A stretch of 64,000 nucleotides of DNA, taken from Planctomycetia bacterium. GTDB lineage: Bacteria; Planctomycetota; Planctomycetia; Pirellulales; Thermoguttaceae. Below the pieces are notes generated by a model. That model saw only the letters and a list, made by a program, of their open reading frames with translations, was not told where the DNA came from and ran no database searches. Positions 59,698 to 64,000 of this stretch are shown in pieces. The first letter of the stretch is position 1, and every line of letters begins with the position of its first letter. A program made the translations under genes and the position numbers. Where the stretch lies: the NCBI GenBank assembly GCA_030535245.1, contig JAUNBJ010000002.1, forward strand, positions 2,418 through 66,417, in the 5' to 3' direction.

Positions 59698-61572
59698 ATG
59701 GCAAACATCGTCCTTGACGATTATTTAACGATGCTTCAGAAATCGCGCCTGTTCGAGGATAAGGCGGAGATTGAAGGGTATCTTGCGAGCTGGCGGGCGG
59801 ACGAGGGAACGACCGATCCGGACAGCGTACCTTCTTTTTCGGATTGGCTGGTTGCGAACGATCACGTTACGCGCTGGCAGGCGGATAACATATTGGCAGG
59901 AAAATACAAGGGATTTTTCCTGGGCCAGTACAAGCTGCTCCGTTCGATTGGTGCGGGCGGGATGAGCAGCGTTTATTTGGCGGTGCATACGCTTTTAGAG
60001 CGTCAGGTCGCGATCAAGGTGTTGCCGAAAAGTCGGGTAACGACCGATTCGTCGTATCTGGAGCGGTTTCTTCTGGAAGCGCAGGCGGTAGCGGCGTTGG
60101 ATCATCCGAACATTGTGCGGGCGTACGATATCGACAATGAAGGGGGTTCCATTTACTATTTGGTGATGGAATTTGTGGATGGGCCGGATTTGTTGTCGTT
60201 GGTAAAAAAGAATGGGCCGTTGGATATTTACAAGGCGGCGCAGTACATTCGTCAGGCGGCGATAGGGCTGGAATATGCGCACAACAACAGGCTGATTCAC
60301 CGGGACGTGAAGCCGGCGAACCTGTTGGTGGACAAGGACGAAATCATTCACGTGCTGGATTTGGGGCTGGCCCGGTTTACGGACGAGCGGCGTGCTTCGT
60401 TGACGATCGCGTATGATGAAAACGTTTTGGGGACGGCCGATTATTTAGCGCCGGAGCAGGCGCGGAACAGTCACAACGTGGATGGTCGTGCGGACATCTA
60501 CGGGTTGGGCTGCACGTTGTATTATCTGTTGGTCGGGCATGTTCCGTTCCCGGACGGGACGCTTCCTCAGCGGATTGCGGCGCACCAGAAGCGAATGCCG
60601 AAGGCGATTCAGGAGGAGCGTCCGGAGGTTCCGGAAGATTTATGTGCCATTTGTTGGAAGATGATGGCCAAAGACCCGAACGATCGCCAGCAGACGATGC
60701 AGGAGGTGGCCGACGATTTGACCGACTGGCTTCTGGAAAACGGTCAGAAGATTGCGGGGTATACGGGGGTTTTACCCACCCGTAAAAAGGCAGCGCAGAC
60801 GACGGATTCCGGCGTGGTTTTGGAAGGAGACGCCTTAAAGGAGCTGGAGGCGATTGCGCAAATTGCGGTATCGGATTCGCGGCACGACGAGTCCTCGGTG
60901 ACGAAGGGGTTGTTCCATTTCTCCAAAGCGGGCGGTAGTTCTGTGAGTAAATCTGCCGAGACGGTGGTTTCGGGGGGTTCGGACAGTAGCCGTAAAAAGG
61001 AGCCGGTCAAGAAGGAGTCGCCCAAGGGGGGGCTGTTTGGTTTCGTTCGGAAGCCGGAGAAGGGTTCCAAGGCGGAAAAAAATTCCAAGCCGGAAAAGGG
61101 TTCCAAGAGTGGTACGGTAGTAACGGGGAAAACCACGTCGTCGTCGGTGGTGAAGAAATCGGGAGAGCAGCAGAAGCAGGACGAGTCGTCGTTCATGAAC
61201 TTTCTGAATGAGAAGGAGCGGTTCCGTCCGGGCAAGGGGGAGACCGGTTCCGGTACGGTCAAGGCGGACGACAGTCACATGGCGTTCAACGTGGTGAATC
61301 TGAATTTGGATTTGAATTCCGGTTCCACGCCGTCGTCCCCGTCGTCGCCGTCAAAGAGTTCCAAGGTATCGCTTTCGGCCCCCTCCCAGAAAACGGGTGG
61401 GAGTTCCAAATCGGGGCGTAAATCGGCACCGGCGAAATCGGATTCCAAAACCGATTCCAACGGGGGAGCGGGTTATAAGAAAAAGCAGACCAGCAAGCAG
61501 GAAACGTGGATGGTGATCGGGATTTGTGCTGCGGTACTGGTCGTGTTGATCATCATTGCCTGCCTGCTTTGA
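59698..61572 (+). CDS. Ser/Thr protein kinase with long K/S-rich disordered tail and C-terminal TM anchor
   Basis: I prefer the ATG at 59698 (MANIVLDDYL) over the TTG at 59644. Motifs GAGGMSSVY, VAIKVL, HRDVKPANL, DLGLA, GTADYLAPE. The last 21 aa are WMVIGICAAVLVVLIIIACLL. Confidence 0.85.
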   Translation: MANIVLDDYLTMLQKSRLFEDKAEIEGYLASWRADEGTTDPDSVPSFSDWLVANDHVTRWQADNILAGKYKGFFLGQYKLLRSIGAGGMSSVYLAVHTLLERQVAIKVLPKSRVTTDSSYLERFLLEAQAVAALDHPNIVRAYDIDNEGGSIYYLVMEFVDGPDLLSLVKKNGPLDIYKAAQYIRQAAIGLEYAHNNRLIHRDVKPANLLVDKDEIIHVLDLGLARFTDERRASLTIAYDENVLGTADYLAPEQARNSHNVDGRADIYGLGCTLYYLLVGHVPFPDGTLPQRIAAHQKRMPKAIQEERPEVPEDLCAICWKMMAKDPNDRQQTMQEVADDLTDWLLENGQKIAGYTGVLPTRKKAAQTTDSGVVLEGDALKELEAIAQIAVSDSRHDESSVTKGLFHFSKAGGSSVSKSAETVVSGGSDSSRKKEPVKKESPKGGLFGFVRKPEKGSKAEKNSKPEKGSKSGTVVTGKTTSSSVVKKSGEQQKQDESSFMNFLNEKERFRPGKGETGSGTVKADDSHMAFNVVNLNLDLNSGSTPSSPSSPSKSSKVSLSAPSQKTGGSSKSGRKSAPAKSDSKTDSNGGAGYKKKQTSKQETWMVIGICAAVLVVLIIIACLL

Positions 61573-61625
61573 TTCCCATCGGCGGGCAATTTTGGGGAAA
61601 CGTTTTTTGGGGGAAGCGTTGGGGG

Positions 61626-62426
61626 TTATTGGTCGAAACGTCCGCTTTGGAAATCCTCTAAATCGAGCGTGACGAAACGGAAACCGAGGGTTTTCATCGT
61701 TTCCGTCCATTTTTGTTGTAGGTCGGGGCGGGAGAGGAAGGTTTGGCGGTCGGTTTCGGAAAGTTCCAGACGCACAAGCTCCCCTTCGTGAACTCGGACG
61801 CGAAAATTATCTTGCGGGGAGAGGAGGTTGTGGAGCGATTCTTCCGCCGCCTCAAGGTGGGCCAGAAGTTGCGGCGTGAGGGGGATTCCGTAAGCGACAC
61901 GCGTGGCCAGGCAGGGAACGGACGGTTTTTCCGCCGAAGCGAGATTCCACTGAGAAGCCAGGCGGCGGACGTCGGCTTTCGTGAGTCCGAATTGGGCCAT
62001 GGGGCTGGGGATTCCGAGTTCTTCGAGTGCTTTTCTTCCAGGGCGATAGACTTTCAGGTCGTCGGCGTTGCTCCCTTCCAGAAGGTGGGGGAACCCACGG
62101 CGGCGGGATGCTTCGAGCATGACCGAGAAGAGCTGGCGTTTGCAGTAGTAGCAGCGCAGGAGGTCGTTCCGGGAAATTTCCGGGTCGTCGAGCATGGCGA
62201 AGGGGACGGCGACCAGCGTAACGTTCATTGCATGGGCTTCACGTTCCAGAAAGTCGCGTTCCCGCTGGGGGACGGCGGCAAGATAGACGGAGATGGCCAG
62301 CGTATGTTCCCGCCCCACCGCCTCCACCGCCGCGCGAAGCAAAACGGAACTATCCACACCGCCGGAGAACGCGACCGCAATCTTGCCCAAATTCCGTAAA
62401 TAATCCAAAAATTCTTTTTGTTGCAT
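61626..62426 (-). CDS. larE: LarE-like ATP-dependent sulfur transferase (PP-loop ATP pyrophosphatase family)
   Basis: Start MQQKEFLDYL at 62424-62426. PP-loop AFSGGVDSSVLL. PCLATRVAYG resembles the LarE sacrificial-Cys motif. Confidence 0.7.
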   Translation of the reverse strand: MQQKEFLDYLRNLGKIAVAFSGGVDSSVLLRAAVEAVGREHTLAISVYLAAVPQRERDFLEREAHAMNVTLVAVPFAMLDDPEISRNDLLRCYYCKRQLFSVMLEASRRRGFPHLLEGSNADDLKVYRPGRKALEELGIPSPMAQFGLTKADVRRLASQWNLASAEKPSVPCLATRVAYGIPLTPQLLAHLEAAEESLHNLLSPQDNFRVRVHEGELVRLELSETDRQTFLSRPDLQQKWTETMKTLGFRFVTLDLEDFQSGRFDQ

Positions 62427-62516
62427 GGGATTCCATTCATCAAAAAACCCCGCAAGGAGGGTTCCCTGCGGGGATGTCATGGGGTGGAGGGATTTTTTAA
62501 TCCCCCTCGGTTAAAA

Positions 62517-64000
62517 TCACGGTGCCGGAGCGGGTGCGGGCGCCGGAGTGGGCGCCGGGGTCGGAGCGGGCGCAGGGGCTGGAGCAGGGGCCGGCTGCGG
62601 AGCGGGTTGCGGCGGCTTTACCTCCGGAACCTTACCATTCGGGCCAAACCCATCCGGATTGGGGACGTCCGGCTTGCTTCCGTCGGGCGTTTCGTCGCTG
62701 AACACGTCGAACCATTCCTTCTTGAAATCGATCTTGCGCCCCTCCGCCGCGGCAATGTTGGTCGTCAGGGCAATGATCGCGTCGGCCATCGCCACTTTCG
62801 GCTGGCAGCGAACCATCGGAGCGTCTTTGTCCACGTAATTCGGCTCCGGGTTGTTCCGAACGCACCACGCGAAATGCTCGATTTCCTCGGTGTATCCCAG
62901 ACTCAGATTCTGCAACGCCTGAATGCCGTAGGAGAGATCCTCCTCGTTCAATTCCGACGCGACTTTCATCGTCATGGGGAACGTGTCGGATTTCTCGTCC
63001 CGAATCACTTCCACAGCACTGCCGACATTGTGGGTGTACCAGAGCATGGCCGTTTCTTCGCGGTCCAGCTGCAACGTCCCCTTCGTGCCAAAGACCGTTT
63101 CGCCATATCCGCCATAGTCGTTGCCGTTAATGGCACTGTACGCCACGGCAATCTTCTGGCGACGCCCCTGTTCCGTATTGGGATCGTACCCCGGAGCTGG
63201 ATACTCGAAAATACACGAAATATGGTCGTCAATATCCCGGTCGTACGGGAAAATCGGACGGTTGGAAAACGCGTTGACCGAAAGCGGAATCTGCTTTTCC
63301 CCTCCGTGCATGGCGGAGATGAAAATGCTGGACGCGTCCAGCTGGTGGCTTCCCAGTTCGGCCATCAGACCGGCACTGGTACGATCCCACAAACGCCAGC
63401 GAATCAGCTCCTCAAGCGCCGGTGCCTCGTACGTGACCGTGCCGTCCGGGTTCTTCAAAACGTGGGACTCGTACCCACACTTCGCGAACACTTCCGGAAC
63501 GATTTCGTCGTTCAGCTGCGCTTCCAGCTGCGCCACCTTCTTCACCCACGCGTCGACATCTGGGGCCTTTTTCGCAATCGCGGCATCACGACGCTTGATC
63601 CACGACGCAATTTTATCCTGCTGCTTTTTAATCAGCAACGCGTCGTTTTCACAGAATTTGCCATTTTTGGCATTGAAAGCCACCAGCGGCAACATCGGCT
63701 GCCAGCTGTCGTTTCCCGGCAGGTTCCCGCGGTGCCACTGGGCACGGATGTAGTGCAAATCGCCCAACAATCCCTGCTGAATCGCCTGAATCGCGTTGTC
63801 GTACAGGGCACTGTAGTGACGCTGGTGCCCGGTTGCCATGTGCTTTTTCAGACCGGCGGCCATGCGGCCCATGTTTTTGCACTGGCCAATGTCGTGCGCC
63901 ATCAGCTTTTCCGTCAGCACATGCAATCCACGCTCCATCGCCGCCCGCGCAGCCGCCTGGTGCAGGTGCAACGGAAGCGCAATCAGCACCGCCTCCAGCC
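62517..64000 (-). CDS. Gfo/Idh/MocA family oxidoreductase, N-terminus beyond the right edge, with Pro/Ala-rich C-terminal tail
   Basis: The reading frame is open to the window end. HVLTEKLMA (EKP-type motif region). The C-terminal 40 aa are PQPAPQPAPAPAPAPAPTPAPTPAPAPAPAP. Confidence 0.7.
   Translation of the reverse strand, partial: LEAVLIALPLHLHQAAARAAMERGLHVLTEKLMAHDIGQCKNMGRMAAGLKKHMATGHQRHYSALYDNAIQAIQQGLLGDLHYIRAQWHRGNLPGNDSWQPMLPLVAFNAKNGKFCENDALLIKKQQDKIASWIKRRDAAIAKKAPDVDAWVKKVAQLEAQLNDEIVPEVFAKCGYESHVLKNPDGTVTYEAPALEELIRWRLWDRTSAGLMAELGSHQLDASSIFISAMHGGEKQIPLSVNAFSNRPIFPYDRDIDDHISCIFEYPAPGYDPNTEQGRRQKIAVAYSAINGNDYGGYGETVFGTKGTLQLDREETAMLWYTHNVGSAVEVIRDEKSDTFPMTMKVASELNEEDLSYGIQALQNLSLGYTEEIEHFAWCVRNNPEPNYVDKDAPMVRCQPKVAMADAIIALTTNIAAAEGRKIDFKKEWFDVFSDETPDGSKPDVPNPDGFGPNGKVPEVKPPQPAPQPAPAPAPAPAPTPAPTPAPAPAPAP

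Overview
GC-rich bacterial chromosome segment, probably from the PVC superphylum. The taxonomic guess rests on a DUF1559 protein, a PEP-CTERM protein with autotransporter-associated beta-strand repeats, TAT-signal Gfo/Idh/MocA proteins, an XylR/AraC hybrid regulator and two Hanks-type kinases. I saw no rRNA, tRNA, CRISPR array, transposase or integrase. Layout: (1) 1-3220 is a visibly more A/T-rich block of minus-strand orphan genes that share sequence modules, including a perfect 143-bp direct repeat lying inside two different CDSs. (2) 3169-27342 is a long minus-strand glycan-utilisation region: DeoC-like aldolase, MFS transporter, GH89-like alpha-N-acetylglucosaminidase, oxidoreductases, SIS protein, large secreted glycosidase/CBM proteins, M14 peptidase and an XylR/AraC regulator. 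It is interrupted by a translationally coupled Ser/Thr kinase and atypical DUF1559 pair. (3) 27569-39292 holds DUF362 plus polyferredoxin, GntP plus nitroreductase, a NYN protein, an ankyrin protein and SbcCD. (4) 39461-55260 is the most interesting part. It is a co-directional cluster of a 2137-aa type-II membrane protein with an Ig-like array, a P-loop (possibly dynamin/SrfC-like) NTPase, an Hsp70/actin-fold ATPase, a GrpE-like protein, and a cytosolic Zn-ribbon / FG-rich disordered / beta-propeller protein. I know of no described function for this combination. (5) 55294-64000 holds a PHP metallohydrolase, a PEP-CTERM surface protein whose best start codon is put out of frame by a C9 tract, a tail-anchored kinase, LarE and a partial oxidoreductase. 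All functional calls come from motif recognition by eye; no searches were run.
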